The translations under genes were made by a program, and so were the position numbers. From a virus (Duplodnaviria > Caudoviricetes), in IMG/VR virus record IMGVR_UViG_3300013121_000005, positions 192,001 to 256,000 of that record: DNA of 64,000 nucleotides; one strand, given 5' to 3'. Below, piece by piece: positions 37,446 to 47,543 of this stretch (position 1 is its first letter; each line of letters starts with the position of its first letter). The notes under the pieces are model-generated. The model did no database searches, was not told the DNA's origin, and saw only the letters and a list, made by a program, of their open reading frames with translations.

Positions 37446-38162
37446 TCAGGAGAAGGGGTTGTCACCCGCCAAGTCAATCCCTGCTCCCCGGAGGATCGCA
37501 TCCGCTACGGCCTTAGGGTCATCCATAGGGTCTTCAACCTTGGGGGGAACTGCTACTACCTTGGGGGGAACTGCTACTACCTTGGGTGCGGGGGCAGCTA
37601 CCTTAGGGGCTGCCTCAGCCTCCTCAGCCTTGGGGGCGGCAGCGGGGGCAGGAGCCACCTCCTTTGCAGCCTCCGCAGCCTTGGCCTTAGGCGCCGCCTT
37701 AGCCTTAGGCTTTTCTTCTACAGCCTCTTCGTCGTCTCCGGAAGTCTTGGGCGCCGAGTCCAAGTAGTACTGGCCCCGAGCCTCAGGATCCCGCTTGAAA
37801 ATGTCATGCTCCTTCGAGAGCGTGTACCGAATGTACCCCAGGGGGTCATCGCTCTTTGGAAGCCACCCTTTGGCTTCCAGGGCTTTGTAACAGTCCAATG
37901 CCCCCATCGTCGACTTCTTGCCCGTCGTCGAGGTCATCACGATTTGGATAGCCTCAATGAGACGAGGCACTGAGGAAGCCCCACGCTTCCCACGCTTCCC
38001 AGCCTTGGGCTTTGGTCCTGGCTTCTTCTTTCGGAGCCGGGAGGGGATTCCCCCCGCTTTCTCCAGCTCAAGAGTCACCTCTCGGTATGCCGAGAGTGCC
38101 TTGGTTTGCTCCTTGAGCAAACCAAGGAGCCGATCAATCTGAGCTACGCTTAGCTTCTTCAT
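37446..38162 (-). CDS. Putative nucleoid-type DNA-binding protein (basic linker, wHTH-like core, Ala/Lys/Pro tail)
   Basis: KKKPGPKPK..KRGKRG; L.EAI..VM...Y..L...GW...YIRYTLS...FKR...RG.Y; 21-bp tandem repeat 37537-37586; GGAG RBS. Confidence 0.55.
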   Translation of the reverse strand: MKKLSVAQIDRLLGLLKEQTKALSAYREVTLELEKAGGIPSRLRKKKPGPKPKAGKRGKRGASSVPRLIEAIQIVMTSTTGKKSTMGALDCYKALEAKGWLPKSDDPLGYIRYTLSKEHDIFKRDPEARGQYYLDSAPKTSGDDEEAVEEKPKAKAAPKAKAAEAAKEVAPAPAAAPKAEEAEAAPKVAAPAPKVVAVPPKVVAVPPKVEDPMDDPKAVADAILRGAGIDLAGDNPFS

Positions 38163-38287
38163 TCTATTTGTCTCCATGTGACTCGGAAAGGCTGAGGGAA
38201 ATCTCAACCTGGAACCATCGAGGTTTCAATGTACAGTAGCCACACTGAAAATCAAGCCTCGGGTAGCACTTAAATTTTGAAACTGGT

Positions 38288-38755
38288 CTACTTCGGCAAC
38301 TTACCTAGTAAATTGATGAGCTTACGTTGATGTGGAGGGTCTTCTCCCTCCTTAAGGTTCGTGTAGTCACATCTACGCGCCTGAAAACATGTAGCTGCCA
38401 CCCCTGGACCTGCTTGGAGTCCTTCGCAATGGGAGCACATTGGGGTTCCAAAATTCAACTTAAATCGAAGTTTAGCCCCATCAAGGATAGCTTCGTGGTA
38501 TGCTGAGGTAAGCTCAACGGCAGCATTGTAGGCGAGATCAAAGTCACCTGCCAAGAATGCTCGGATGAGCACGTCGGAAGGGTCTACCTCTCTACGTCCG
38601 GGAATTCCCGATCGATGTCGGTTCCGGAAAGAATCCCGAGACGACGTAACGTTAGTTCCGCTTTCCCCTCGGTCATTGCTCGTTGGAGCCCCGGAAGTCT
38701 CGGGTCCTGCCTCTTTTCCGCTCGTTGGATCGTCTGTGCTAGGAGGGTCGCCCAT
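38288..38755 (-). CDS. Hypothetical protein with C-terminal Cys cluster (start uncertain)
   Basis: CSHC...C...C; disordered N-terminus. Confidence 0.4.
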   Translation of the reverse strand: MGDPPSTDDPTSGKEAGPETSGAPTSNDRGESGTNVTSSRDSFRNRHRSGIPGRREVDPSDVLIRAFLAGDFDLAYNAAVELTSAYHEAILDGAKLRFKLNFGTPMCSHCEGLQAGPGVAATCFQARRCDYTNLKEGEDPPHQRKLINLLGKLPK

Positions 38756-38813
38756 TCGTGAGGCCCTGCTGGGTAGGGGTTCCTTGTTGCCTTGTCCTGT
38801 ATTCGTCGAGTCG

Positions 38814-39143
38814 TCATGGACTATCCGATAGCTGGTTAGAGTCGAATTCAGCTCTGAGGGTCTCCTCAAGTGCTATAAAGCCTTCTAGGGTAGTAGGGGG
38901 GTTAGCTCTCCCAAAAAGCTGTTGTGTTACCCATCTTTGGCGTCTTTGCTCAAGCTCCAGCCTGGCGTTAGCTTCGGCAAGCTGGGTCATAAGCTCTCGA
39001 AAGCCCTCGAAGGTCTGGGCAAACTGTTGGATCTCTTGGGCTGCTTGGGTAAAGGCAGATACTTTTTGCTGAAACCCTCCGAGCTGAAGCCCTCCGAGCT
39101 GAGCCCCCACCCTACGTTGTCTCCTAGCGGCACTGCTACTCAT
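38814..39143 (-). CDS. Hypothetical coiled-coil protein
   Basis: 109-aa ORF; 15-bp duplication (QLGGL/QLGGF). Confidence 0.55.
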   Translation of the reverse strand: MSSSAARRQRRVGAQLGGLQLGGFQQKVSAFTQAAQEIQQFAQTFEGFRELMTQLAEANARLELEQRRQRWVTQQLFGRANPPTTLEGFIALEETLRAEFDSNQLSDSP

Positions 39144-39152
39144 AGAGGACTA

Positions 39153-39488
39153 CTACCGATCTGTGGTGTTGCCACGGTAAACTGTGTAATAGGGCAAGCA
39201 ATCTGCTTTATTGAGTTGTCTTTGCAGAGCGTCATCCTCTTGTACGGTAGGTAGAAGTGGGACATCCACAAGAAGTTGCAACAGCTCCTCACAGGTGGTG
39301 ACTTTTACCAAATCCTGACGAGCTTTTGGGTTGTGTTCAAGCGTATAGACCACTTGGGCCCTACTCATAGAGTCTAGGAGACAGATGCCCCCCTCTACCC
39401 AACAGTTGTTCCGAGTATCCCCATCGCAGAGAGTAGGGGGAGGCCCTTCTCCTGTTTGACAGGGGCCACAATCATTTGGGTCACTCAT
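39153..39488 (-). CDS. Hypothetical Cys-rich protein
   Basis: TAATG-coupled to the upstream ORF. Confidence 0.55.
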   Translation of the reverse strand: MSDPNDCGPCQTGEGPPPTLCDGDTRNNCWVEGGICLLDSMSRAQVVYTLEHNPKARQDLVKVTTCEELLQLLVDVPLLPTVQEDDALQRQLNKADCLPYYTVYRGNTTDR

Positions 39489-39775
39489 TAGCTGTTACCT
39501 CTCAACCATTCGACTTGGAAAAGTCTACGTTGTGTGCCTACAGAAACTCTACTGAAGAGAACCCCTCCCTTTCGACGAAGTTCCATTCTCGGGGAGGTAG
39601 AAAAGGTATTCACTCCTCCAAGAAAGGTGTTCACCTGCTGTATGAAATCTCTCATGTTTTCAGTGTGTGCAGCTTCTGCAACTTCAACCTCAGTCACATC
39701 GGGGGAATCTTCCTCCAAGGTGACTCCGAGGTCATTAAGGGTCACATGGGGTGAGGGGGGTCGCTGAGGGGTCAT
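39488..39775 (-). CDS. Hypothetical protein
   Basis: Coupled at both ends. Confidence 0.5.
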   Translation of the reverse strand: MTPQRPPSPHVTLNDLGVTLEEDSPDVTEVEVAEAAHTENMRDFIQQVNTFLGGVNTFSTSPRMELRRKGGVLFSRVSVGTQRRLFQVEWLRGNS

Positions 39776-40611
39776 GGCAAGATTGGAAGGCTTCGAGTAG
39801 TGTTCCGCTTTTTCTCAGATAGGGTCTTATCAGCAGCATAGCAGTACTTACAGCCCATGTTGCAACTTTCGTTAATCGTGAAGGGGTCCACCATCAGGAC
39901 GCACCCACAACCCTCCGAGGGCGGTTTCGCCAGCCCGGGCATCGAGAAGTCTTCCGGCGGGGCACAGACTCCAGAGAAGAGGTTCGGGTGAAAGCCCGGG
40001 TACTTGGCGAGGAGCCGGTCCTCGTTGCAGAGGAAGACCTGGAGCCCCCGCGACTGTCCTACCTCGGCCACCTGGGCCAAGATGTTGAGGCGTTTTTGTT
40101 CGTCCCGGGTCTCAGGCATCAGGTCGTTCTCTTGGAGGAACGACAAGTAGACGCTCTTGAGCCCCGCATGGGAAGCGAGAGCCGCGATGGACTCGAACCG
40201 CCCCACAACATCCTGGACCATCGGAACCGGGGAGAACCGCCAGGTGACGTTCTCCGAGCCGAAGACCGAGGCCGCCATCGAGAGCTTGGCCGCCCCCTCC
40301 TGGAGACTAGGAGCCCCCTTTTCAACCTCTTCCCACCCGGTCAAGGTCACGTGGATCTTCACCTTGTACCTGGAGAGCCGCTTCGCCTCAAAAATCAGGT
40401 TGGTCGGGTCTTTCGTCCAAAAGATGAGCCCGAGCGTGTCTTCTGGGTGTAACAACCATAGGGCTGGGATTGCAGTCCGAGGGTCAAACGCCTGCATGAA
40501 TCCACGATCCAACTGGGCTAGGAACCAGGCCCACTTAGCCGCTGGGACATCGGTCCACCTAGACAAGGAGTAGGGAAGTCCAGCTTTTTTACCGCTTCGT
40601 AGTAGCGCCAT
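39772..40611 (-). CDS. DUF1848-family protein with C-terminal CxxxCxYC cluster
   Basis: SRWTDVPA, IFWTKDP, WRFSPV, CGC, CNMGCKYCYA. Confidence 0.75.
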   Translation of the reverse strand: MALLRSGKKAGLPYSLSRWTDVPAAKWAWFLAQLDRGFMQAFDPRTAIPALWLLHPEDTLGLIFWTKDPTNLIFEAKRLSRYKVKIHVTLTGWEEVEKGAPSLQEGAAKLSMAASVFGSENVTWRFSPVPMVQDVVGRFESIAALASHAGLKSVYLSFLQENDLMPETRDEQKRLNILAQVAEVGQSRGLQVFLCNEDRLLAKYPGFHPNLFSGVCAPPEDFSMPGLAKPPSEGCGCVLMVDPFTINESCNMGCKYCYAADKTLSEKKRNTTRSLPILP

Positions 40612-40638
40612 GCTTTAACTTACACCGGAAGGTTGAAA

Positions 40639-40668
40639 GACACCCCCTTCAAACGTTGAGGGGGTGTC
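40639..40668. promoter_or_regulatory. Inverted repeat in a divergent intergenic region
   Basis: gacaccccc...gggggtgtc with inner tcaa/ttga. Confidence 0.5.
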
Positions 40669-40688
40669 CCCTTCAAGAAAAGAGCTAT

Positions 40689-41519
40689 ATGATTTCCAAG
40701 TTCGTAGTCCACAAGCCTAGCAACGTCCCCATCTCATGGTGGGGTAAAACGTTCAAGGAGCCGCGTACCTTCGAGTTTCAGCCTGGGTTGAATATCTTGT
40801 GGGGACGTAATGGTTCAGGTAAGAGCACGCTCATTAAGTGCCTTGCTCGTCTGTTTCATTGTGAGCAGTCTGGTTTTCCGGTAGTGACTGAGACGTCCGT
40901 CGGAGAATTGTTCTGCCAGTGGAGGTTTTCCGAGGAGTCCCGTCATGGGGCAAAGTTGCTTTTGGATGCACTGAGCCTCACACACGATGGTCAAGGTGTG
41001 CGTTACTTCGACCCTTCGCATGCAGTTGGGCTGACAGGGGGCGGGTCAGCTTTTGACTGGGACTTTGGGATGGATGGCATCCAGAATGCATTGTTTAAGG
41101 GCTCATCTGGGCAAATTACCATGTTCCGCTCTAACCGGGTTCTGCGGGCATTGCTGGATAAGGGGGCCACTCCTCCAAAGGTTGAGTATCGGATTCATGC
41201 TTCCCAGGTCAATTCCTTGTGGGCAGAGCGTATTCACACAGTAAAGTCAATTCTGACCGGGAATTCCGAGGAGGGACCCCCTACCATCCTTTTGGATGAG
41301 CCTGAGCGCAGCTTTGATCTGCCTTACCAGTCTATGCTGTGGCAGTTTCTACGGACTATCGCCAAGAAGAATCAGGTGATTGTTGCATCTCACTCTCTGT
41401 TTGCGCTACGCATCCCAGAGGCACATTATGTGGAGATGTCCCCAAACTACCTGAAAGAGTCGTTAGAGGTTAGCCGCCGTCTACATGAAGGGTGGCCGAC
41501 GGAGCCCGGAAAGCTATGA
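40689..41519 (+). CDS. Stand-alone ABC-type ATPase
   Basis: GRNGSGKST, SSGQ signature, LLDEPE, ASHS H-loop. Confidence 0.85.
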   Translation: MISKFVVHKPSNVPISWWGKTFKEPRTFEFQPGLNILWGRNGSGKSTLIKCLARLFHCEQSGFPVVTETSVGELFCQWRFSEESRHGAKLLLDALSLTHDGQGVRYFDPSHAVGLTGGGSAFDWDFGMDGIQNALFKGSSGQITMFRSNRVLRALLDKGATPPKVEYRIHASQVNSLWAERIHTVKSILTGNSEEGPPTILLDEPERSFDLPYQSMLWQFLRTIAKKNQVIVASHSLFALRIPEAHYVEMSPNYLKESLEVSRRLHEGWPTEPGKL

Positions 41520-41965
41520 CCCAGAAAAGTCTTGCCCAAACCTATCTGTCCCTTCTGGACCAAATTAGCATTCTAGACCCTTTGGATGCTGCTTATGAGA
41601 GAGAACAGGCCAAAGCTGATGCAATTTGGAGACAACTTGACTTGGAGGGTCGGATCTATGCTGACCCTTTGACTCAAGTACCAAAGGCTGTCCAAGAAGG
41701 GTACATCAGTGTAGATGGTTGCGTGACTTCTTCCGAAGAGCACGCCCACTTCGACTTTGTAGTTAGGTTTCTCAAAGGGGCATATCCAAATCCCATAAGG
41801 GTTTCGACTACTTATCCGTGGGAGACTTTGGATGTCCTACGGCCGGACCTTTACCAAGCCATTGCAGAGGTCTTTGGTTTTACTCGATCTCAAAAGGTCG
41901 AAGTCTTCCATCAATTTCTCCACAGCTACTCTGAGCTGAACTTGACTCCAAATGCTAGAGGCTAA
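41516..41965 (+). CDS. Hypothetical protein
   Basis: ATGA-coupled. Confidence 0.55.
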   Translation: MTQKSLAQTYLSLLDQISILDPLDAAYEREQAKADAIWRQLDLEGRIYADPLTQVPKAVQEGYISVDGCVTSSEEHAHFDFVVRFLKGAYPNPIRVSTTYPWETLDVLRPDLYQAIAEVFGFTRSQKVEVFHQFLHSYSELNLTPNARG

Positions 41966-42015
41966 CAAATGCACCGTATTGGGATTCGTGGAGTTCCTCC
42001 CCATAGGAGGATTCC

Positions 42016-42213
42016 ATGTCAAACACAAACCACCGACGAAAGTGCAACCGACACCACAAGGCGTACTCTAGCTGGACTGGGAACAAACAGTACCGGCAAG
42101 TTGAATGGGGTAAGTTTCGTGCTCGGGAGCGGGACTGCTTGAAGAAGTGGTCCTACGATGACTTGCCCCAAAAGGTACCGCCGACCGCCTGGTACTACAT
42201 CTACTGGTACTGA
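42016..42213 (+). CDS. Small basic protein
   Basis: Strong AGGAGG RBS; Arg/Lys-rich. Confidence 0.6.
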   Translation: MSNTNHRRKCNRHHKAYSSWTGNKQYRQVEWGKFRARERDCLKKWSYDDLPQKVPPTAWYYIYWY

Positions 42214-42273
42214 GCACAGAAGTGATGTTGAGTGAGAACCTTTTGGTGTACCTTCCCTAGCGGAGGTTCCAAG

Positions 42274-42495
42274 ATGGAAGATAGTATTCTCAAGGATATT
42301 CATGATGATGCCGTAAAAACAGCATCGATGGTTGGGGCTCCTGGGTGTGTCATACGCACCCGAGCCCTAAACGTAGTACGCCTTGTGGGGCACTATCGCG
42401 AGGCTCAATATCTTGCCCAAGAAATCAAGGAAGCGGGGCTCGACAACAACTTACCTCCTCTCTGGGCTGAGCTTTTAGCTCGGTTGGGCGCTTGA
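42274..42495 (+). CDS. Hypothetical protein
   Basis: GGTGTA and GGAGG upstream. Confidence 0.55.
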   Translation: MEDSILKDIHDDAVKTASMVGAPGCVIRTRALNVVRLVGHYREAQYLAQEIKEAGLDNNLPPLWAELLARLGA

Positions 42496-42524
42496 AGAGC
42501 TAGGTGTACCTTCGTTAAAGAGTC

Positions 42525-42758
42525 ATGTTGTTCTCTCTCGCCCAAGTTGAAAAGGTTGCCCAAGGGAAGCCCGTTGCATCGATCCTCGTTCACTACGAGG
42601 GGCGTGAGGAGCCCGTTCGTTACCCTTGGGAGAACCGTAAACAAATTCGCTGGGGTAACGTACGTCGCGTACGCCTTGACTTTGCGAACGCAAAGCAGAT
42701 TTACGTAGGGAACGGGGATCATGGGACTCGCCCAGGATTTCGTATCAAGCCTCATTGA
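42525..42758 (+). CDS. Hypothetical protein
   Basis: GGTGTA 16 nt upstream. Confidence 0.55.
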   Translation: MLFSLAQVEKVAQGKPVASILVHYEGREEPVRYPWENRKQIRWGNVRRVRLDFANAKQIYVGNGDHGTRPGFRIKPH

Positions 42759-42770
42759 AAAAGAGGGGCC

Positions 42771-43073
42771 ATGAAGAAAGTCACGAAGAAACCTTTGGTG
42801 AAGGCCCCAGCCACCCCCAAGGTAAAGCATTGGGAGGTTCCGGAGGCTTGGGCAGCTTGGGCAAAGTCAGACCTACTCCGACGCATCCGTAATGGGTGTA
42901 AGGCAGAGGAGTTGCTTTGGGAAAGCAACTACCCGCATCTCCTTCCTACCTTGATCCAAGAGTTGGCTGAAGCAGGGGAGCTAATCTCTGTCGAGTACAC
43001 GCTTCCGGGGGATCCCACGAAGATATACAGATTCCTCCTGCCAAAGGGCTCAGTGGTACTGAGCCAGGATTGA
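42771..43073 (+). CDS. Hypothetical protein
   Basis: GAGG RBS. Confidence 0.55.
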   Translation: MKKVTKKPLVKAPATPKVKHWEVPEAWAAWAKSDLLRRIRNGCKAEELLWESNYPHLLPTLIQELAEAGELISVEYTLPGDPTKIYRFLLPKGSVVLSQD

Positions 43074-43076
43074 GAA

Positions 43077-43238
43077 ATGAGCTACCTCCTAAACCTAGAT
43101 GAGTGTACGGAGCTTCAATTGTTGGAAGAATTGAAGCTCCGTGCTGAGAGACGTTCGATTGGCCGGTGTGATTACTGCAACCGGCCAATCGAAACAAAAT
43201 CCTGCAAGTTCCCCGAACGTCACAACCCCACTCGTTAA
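43077..43238 (+). CDS. Small Zn-binding protein (53 aa, not in the ORF track)
   Basis: Translated by hand: MSYLLNLD...CDYCNR...CKFPERH. Confidence 0.5.
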   Translation: MSYLLNLDECTELQLLEELKLRAERRSIGRCDYCNRPIETKSCKFPERHNPTR

Positions 43239-43290
43239 CAAGGTCGATCTCACACTCTGGGTGTATGACTCAGGAACCCGTAAAGAAGAA

Positions 43291-43854
43291 ATGAAACAGC
43301 CACTTAAGAATGTAGGGCATAGAGGGGTGATCGAGCGGTGTGCCCTTGCTTTTGGCAAAGGAAAACGGGGAAGCCGGTCGTGTGTCCTTGCTTTTGTCGG
43401 TCCTTCTTTCGATGCGATAGAGCAATCCGGAGAGTACTCTGACTTGGATGACCTCCTTTATGGAGCAGAAGAGGAGGAAGAGGGTATCTACGTATGGGAA
43501 GGGTACCCTGTAGGCATTTACTGCGGGGGAGATGGATACCCAGAATTTGATGGGTACACATTTGGCGACGGTATCTGGCGAAAACCTACAAATGAAGAGG
43601 GGGTTGCTCTACTCGCAGGGGATAACCCGTGGGTAAAGGAGTGTCCTGATTGTGAGCTATGTTCATGCATGACTAGGGGGGGCTCGATAGGGTCCAAGAA
43701 TGATTGCACCCTATGCAGTTTCGGATGGAAGCAGGCTAAGCACCTACCCCCACCTCCACTCCCACCCTCTGGCCCAACTCTAGTCCCTCTGTGGACCTGC
43801 CCTCGTTGCAAGGGGCGAAGATTTGTACGTAAGGACCTTGAAGATCATGCATAA
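43291..43854 (+). CDS. Hypothetical Cys-rich protein
   Basis: Start after GGTGTA; CPDC, CTLC, CPRC. Confidence 0.55.
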   Translation: MKQPLKNVGHRGVIERCALAFGKGKRGSRSCVLAFVGPSFDAIEQSGEYSDLDDLLYGAEEEEEGIYVWEGYPVGIYCGGDGYPEFDGYTFGDGIWRKPTNEEGVALLAGDNPWVKECPDCELCSCMTRGGSIGSKNDCTLCSFGWKQAKHLPPPPLPPSGPTLVPLWTCPRCKGRRFVRKDLEDHA

Positions 43855-44179
43855 TCTCGATTACTTCCCGCCAAACGGGACAAAGTATCCGTGGCACCCC
43901 AAGAGGCTGAATACTTCACCTTGGGTTTGTTTGTTTTGGGCGTGCTGGCCTGCTGAAGTTCAAGCCTATGTAGACCGGAAAGAGGATGGCCAGTTTATCT
44001 GGTGGGTCACTGTCTGTGCTTTCGACTTCAGTCGCCAGACCTATGAAGGAACAGCTTCAGGGGCCCTTGCGGCTTGTCAAGAGGCTGAGAAATGCGCTGA
44101 GGAGCAGAAGGGGTTGCTCTTCCAACCTTGGATGGAGCAAGCACTTGCGGCAGGATGGCGACCCCCCGGAGATAACTGA
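43847..44179 (+). CDS. Hypothetical protein
   Basis: Overlapping start; ends ALAAGWRPP. Confidence 0.55.
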   Translation: MHNLDYFPPNGTKYPWHPKRLNTSPWVCLFWACWPAEVQAYVDRKEDGQFIWWVTVCAFDFSRQTYEGTASGALAACQEAEKCAEEQKGLLFQPWMEQALAAGWRPPGDN

Positions 44180-44182
44180 CCT

Positions 44183-44887
44183 ATGGCTTTTCTTGTAGCT
44201 GTTTCAGCCCTCGTTGGGTTTATCTGGTTTGTCTTTGGCCTTCTTGTAATGAGAGGGGCTCTTAGGTTGGAACAGAAAGCCCACTCAGTGAGTAAGCTCC
44301 AGATTACGCATCTGACGCAGCAGGTGGAGCAACTAACGACCGAGCTAGAGAGGAGAACCAACAACTCTCCTCTGTCAGCGGAACACAGAGACACCCTCAA
44401 TTCTTTCCTAGCTGACAGTACGCTGAGGTGGAACACTTACAAAAATCAGGTCAATGCAACTTTCCTTCGTCAGCTAGACCTTCTGTCTGCTGGCCATGGC
44501 ATAAAGTATGCTTTGGTGTGCAACCAGTTCGAGAGCGATCTTAACTTGAACACTGGTCAGTTGCGTCGTTACCTAGAATGGCGTTTTCGAGGGCTACTGC
44601 AACAACGGGCTGAGTCTCCTTACCGTAGTATGTCGTCTCGACGTAGTATGTCGTCTCGAAGCGAGACGGAAACCGGGGAAACCGAGGAAACCAGGACAGA
44701 CCTACATAGGGCAACAGAAGACCTACATAGAACTATAATGGAAATGACTAAGGACCTCGACGTCAAGATTGCCCGAGAGGATCTGACCAAAGTGGCGGAA
44801 GAGGTTCTGAAGAGCTTCCTAGCTCAACCAACCCCCCCACGTCCCCCGCCTGCAACTAGGTACGACCACATCTCAAAGGAAGAATGA
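44183..44887 (+). CDS. Membrane-anchored coiled-coil protein ending TRYDHISKEE
   Basis: N-terminal TM; 18-bp and 21-bp duplications. Confidence 0.6.
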   Translation: MAFLVAVSALVGFIWFVFGLLVMRGALRLEQKAHSVSKLQITHLTQQVEQLTTELERRTNNSPLSAEHRDTLNSFLADSTLRWNTYKNQVNATFLRQLDLLSAGHGIKYALVCNQFESDLNLNTGQLRRYLEWRFRGLLQQRAESPYRSMSSRRSMSSRSETETGETEETRTDLHRATEDLHRTIMEMTKDLDVKIAREDLTKVAEEVLKSFLAQPTPPRPPPATRYDHISKEE

Positions 44888-44894
44888 GACGTAA

Positions 44895-45188
44895 ATGTTG
44901 ACTGAGGAAGTAATCCTACAAGCTCGAAACGTCCTTATTCTTGCTGGGCTCTATGTGTGCCCAGAACCCAGTCGTGGGTGTTTGATCAACGGAGGGACCC
45001 ATACCGAACGGACGCCAGACCTGTTCGTCATTCATGGGACATTCTCGGTGGAAGAACGCAATGGGGCATATCTCGTACAAGGAGCTGCGCATGTACCCGC
45101 GAGCTTTGATACCATTCTTGAGGCTGTGGAACATGTAGTTCGGTTTTGGAAACCGATCCAACCAGGTACGCCTCTCCGAAGGGGTTAG
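44895..45188 (+). CDS. Hypothetical protein
   Basis: ORF in operon. Confidence 0.5.
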   Translation: MLTEEVILQARNVLILAGLYVCPEPSRGCLINGGTHTERTPDLFVIHGTFSVEERNGAYLVQGAAHVPASFDTILEAVEHVVRFWKPIQPGTPLRRG

Positions 45189-45565
45189 CCCCAAATGGTG
45201 TCCCACCACTTCTTGGCCTGATATTGGATGCGAACCCAAAGAGAGGGTTGGGAGGGAGGCCACATCACCCACTCCCCATTTTTCTCACCGGTTATACTCA
45301 TATCATGGTGTAACCGGTAGCGGAATGGGGTCAGTAGTTCGCATTGGGGGCAATAGCCGAGGGAGTCTACGACGTAGACCTTCACAGCGTGAGATGGCCC
45401 CCATGGAATGATGTTCCCTCGTAAGTAGTTGGGTGCAATTGGTTGGTGGCAGTGAGCACAATGCCCTATGAACTCGTCCCAATGAGCACCGGAAGCGAAG
45501 ACCAAGGGGAACCCACTTGCGATGGTAGGTAACTTCATAAAGTTGCTGTATGTGGAACGAGCCAT
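45185..45565 (-). CDS. Hypothetical Zn-ribbon protein
   Basis: CAHC...CPQC; TAATG-coupled. Confidence 0.55.
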   Translation of the reverse strand: MARSTYSNFMKLPTIASGFPLVFASGAHWDEFIGHCAHCHQPIAPNYLRGNIIPWGPSHAVKVYVVDSLGYCPQCELLTPFRYRLHHDMSITGEKNGEWVMWPPSQPSLWVRIQYQAKKWWDTIWG

Positions 45566-46416
45566 TACTCAACTTCGGTTAGAACGTTGAAAAAGCGTTC
45601 GTGGTCTACAGCTACGCTAATCCGTGTAAGGCTTTGAGGATTAAGGCGGGAACCCCATTCTCCGCGTTCCCGATAAACATCGACGCGGGCAAAAGTACAG
45701 ACCGTTGGGTCGAGGGCCACAGTGAGTGCAAGCAGGTCGTGGAGCTTCTTGCCGTTGGGGTTCTTTTTCAGGTATAGGGTCATACCTTCAAATACGAGAT
45801 TGAGTCCCGCGCTCCGTTGCGGCAAAGCTGCAACACGATCATGGAATGCCTGGTCCCAGATGACTCCGTGACAGACGTTCTTAGCTACAAGAAGCCGCTC
45901 ATGGAACGACGGGTTGGCGAGCATGGCGAGGGCAGCATTAGGAGCCCCATTGAAATTGAAGGTGGGGTACGTTTCACGCCCGTCAAACTTCGCGAGCCGT
46001 TGAGGTTTGGGGACCACGGAATCTCCAGCGAAGCCTCCTTGACCAACCCATCGAGGATGTTGTGGCAACCTCTCAGAAAAATTGCGGAGCGGACCTCCGG
46101 TGAGAAGTGTCGCGCCAAGGAGTGCGGTCCTGTGCAGAACGTCTTGCGAGGAGTGAACTACGTCCGCCTCGTGCTTCCCTAGCCACTTGTCATGAAAAAC
46201 GCTGACACACTCCTTCTTACGCATCGGGTCGCCACCAACAGGTACCTCTGGTTTGTTGAGACGATCGAGCACGTAACGAACGAGACCTACCTGGTCACGC
46301 CCACCAGGCATAAGAGAAACACCTACTAGATTGGCATGAGGGTGTGTCGCCAAGATGGCGAGCGTCATCATGTCATCGGGATCTTGCGTTTCCATGTCAA
46401 AGTGGATCAAAACCAT
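45565..46416 (-). CDS. Inosine/uridine-preferring nucleoside hydrolase family protein
   Basis: DMETQDPDD acidic motif, GGPLRN, TFNF, LHD. Confidence 0.8.
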   Translation of the reverse strand: MVLIHFDMETQDPDDMMTLAILATHPHANLVGVSLMPGGRDQVGLVRYVLDRLNKPEVPVGGDPMRKKECVSVFHDKWLGKHEADVVHSSQDVLHRTALLGATLLTGGPLRNFSERLPQHPRWVGQGGFAGDSVVPKPQRLAKFDGRETYPTFNFNGAPNAALAMLANPSFHERLLVAKNVCHGVIWDQAFHDRVAALPQRSAGLNLVFEGMTLYLKKNPNGKKLHDLLALTVALDPTVCTFARVDVYRERGEWGSRLNPQSLTRISVAVDHERFFNVLTEVE

Positions 46417-46462
46417 GAACGTAACTATGCCCTTAAAATCGATCTTGGTGTAGCATTAAGGA

Positions 46463-47308
46463 ATGCTCTCCCAATCCCAACCTTCTTCAGACTCAGTTAC
46501 CCAGGTCCTGCGAAATTGGGAAACCCTTGGCCATATTGTAAAGAGAGTCACTGGGCGTACCCTGGTAGGTACTGAGGGAGGGCTGTACAGTTTTTCTCAG
46601 ACTGAACTACGTATACCCCGATATGACCTTGAGGCAGGTATCCATGAATTGTGCCATTACGTTGTAGCCTCAGAAGAGGAACGAAAACAACCGAATATGG
46701 GGCTTTCTCTTGACTGGTCTCATCCTCGATTTGGTCGAATGGTCTGGTGCGAAGAGGCTGCATGGTCACTTGAGTTCTTTCTTTTCGGGGACCCCAGTGT
46801 TTCCCAAATGGCTAGTTACCTGACCCCAGAGGCACGTGCTTCTGGAGGGGGTTACTACATTACCATGGAGCAAGAGGAGGCGGAGGAGGCTGCCCGAGCT
46901 GAGGCTGCCCGAGCTGCCCGTCTCGTTAGGAAAAGGGAGCGGCTTCGTCGAGAAGCTTTAGCAAAAGCTGAGAGCATCCTACCAGTTGAGATAGTCTACC
47001 TTAGCCGTTCTGTTCGGGACGAGCACCACCGAGAAGAGAGACGACGACAAGAAGAGGCAAACGAGAGAGCTACGAGAATCGCATTCCTAGAGAATCACAT
47101 TCAACTACGTCGAGCTGACCTCCAAACGTGTCGACTTGAACTTTCAAAGTTAAAGGCCGAGCTTCGGCAACTTCAAAAGCAATTCCCAACGAAGAGGTGC
47201 CCTGCTACCTTTAATGGCCTTCAGTGCGACTTTACTGGGTACCATACAGAGCATGGGTTGCATGATGTTTACGGGAACGTCATGTTGACCTGGGGAAGCA
47301 AAAATTAG
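46463..47308 (+). CDS. HExxH-motif protein with coiled coil
   Basis: IHELCH; GGTGTA 10 nt upstream. Confidence 0.55.
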   Translation: MLSQSQPSSDSVTQVLRNWETLGHIVKRVTGRTLVGTEGGLYSFSQTELRIPRYDLEAGIHELCHYVVASEEERKQPNMGLSLDWSHPRFGRMVWCEEAAWSLEFFLFGDPSVSQMASYLTPEARASGGGYYITMEQEEAEEAARAEAARAARLVRKRERLRREALAKAESILPVEIVYLSRSVRDEHHREERRRQEEANERATRIAFLENHIQLRRADLQTCRLELSKLKAELRQLQKQFPTKRCPATFNGLQCDFTGYHTEHGLHDVYGNVMLTWGSKN

Positions 47309-47357
47309 TTGACGCTCGTCTTTCTCGTTCGTTCAAAGAAAGGGAAGAGAGGAAGTT

Positions 47358-47543
47358 ATGGCAACCAGCAGCAAATTTAGGGGACCCGCCAAGCGGGGCG
47401 GAATGTCCGGAGGCAGCTTGGCTTGCCACAACACTTGTAGCTGCCACCCTCAGCAGTGGGGGGCCAAAAAGGGGGCTCGAAGGTTGCGTAGGCGAATCTC
47501 CAAGCAGATCATTCGAGAGGAGCTGGGAGGTAAGGTGAAATGA
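47358..47543 (+). CDS. Small basic protein
   Basis: GAGG RBS; CxxxCxC then an Arg-rich helix. Confidence 0.55.
   Translation: MATSSKFRGPAKRGGMSGGSLACHNTCSCHPQQWGAKKGARRLRRRISKQIIREELGGKVK

Noticed and set aside
46463-47308. Fourth member of the HELGHRY peptidase family
   Set aside because: It has HELCH but lacks the ExFAExF motif and the leader tag, and it is in the GGTGTA class.
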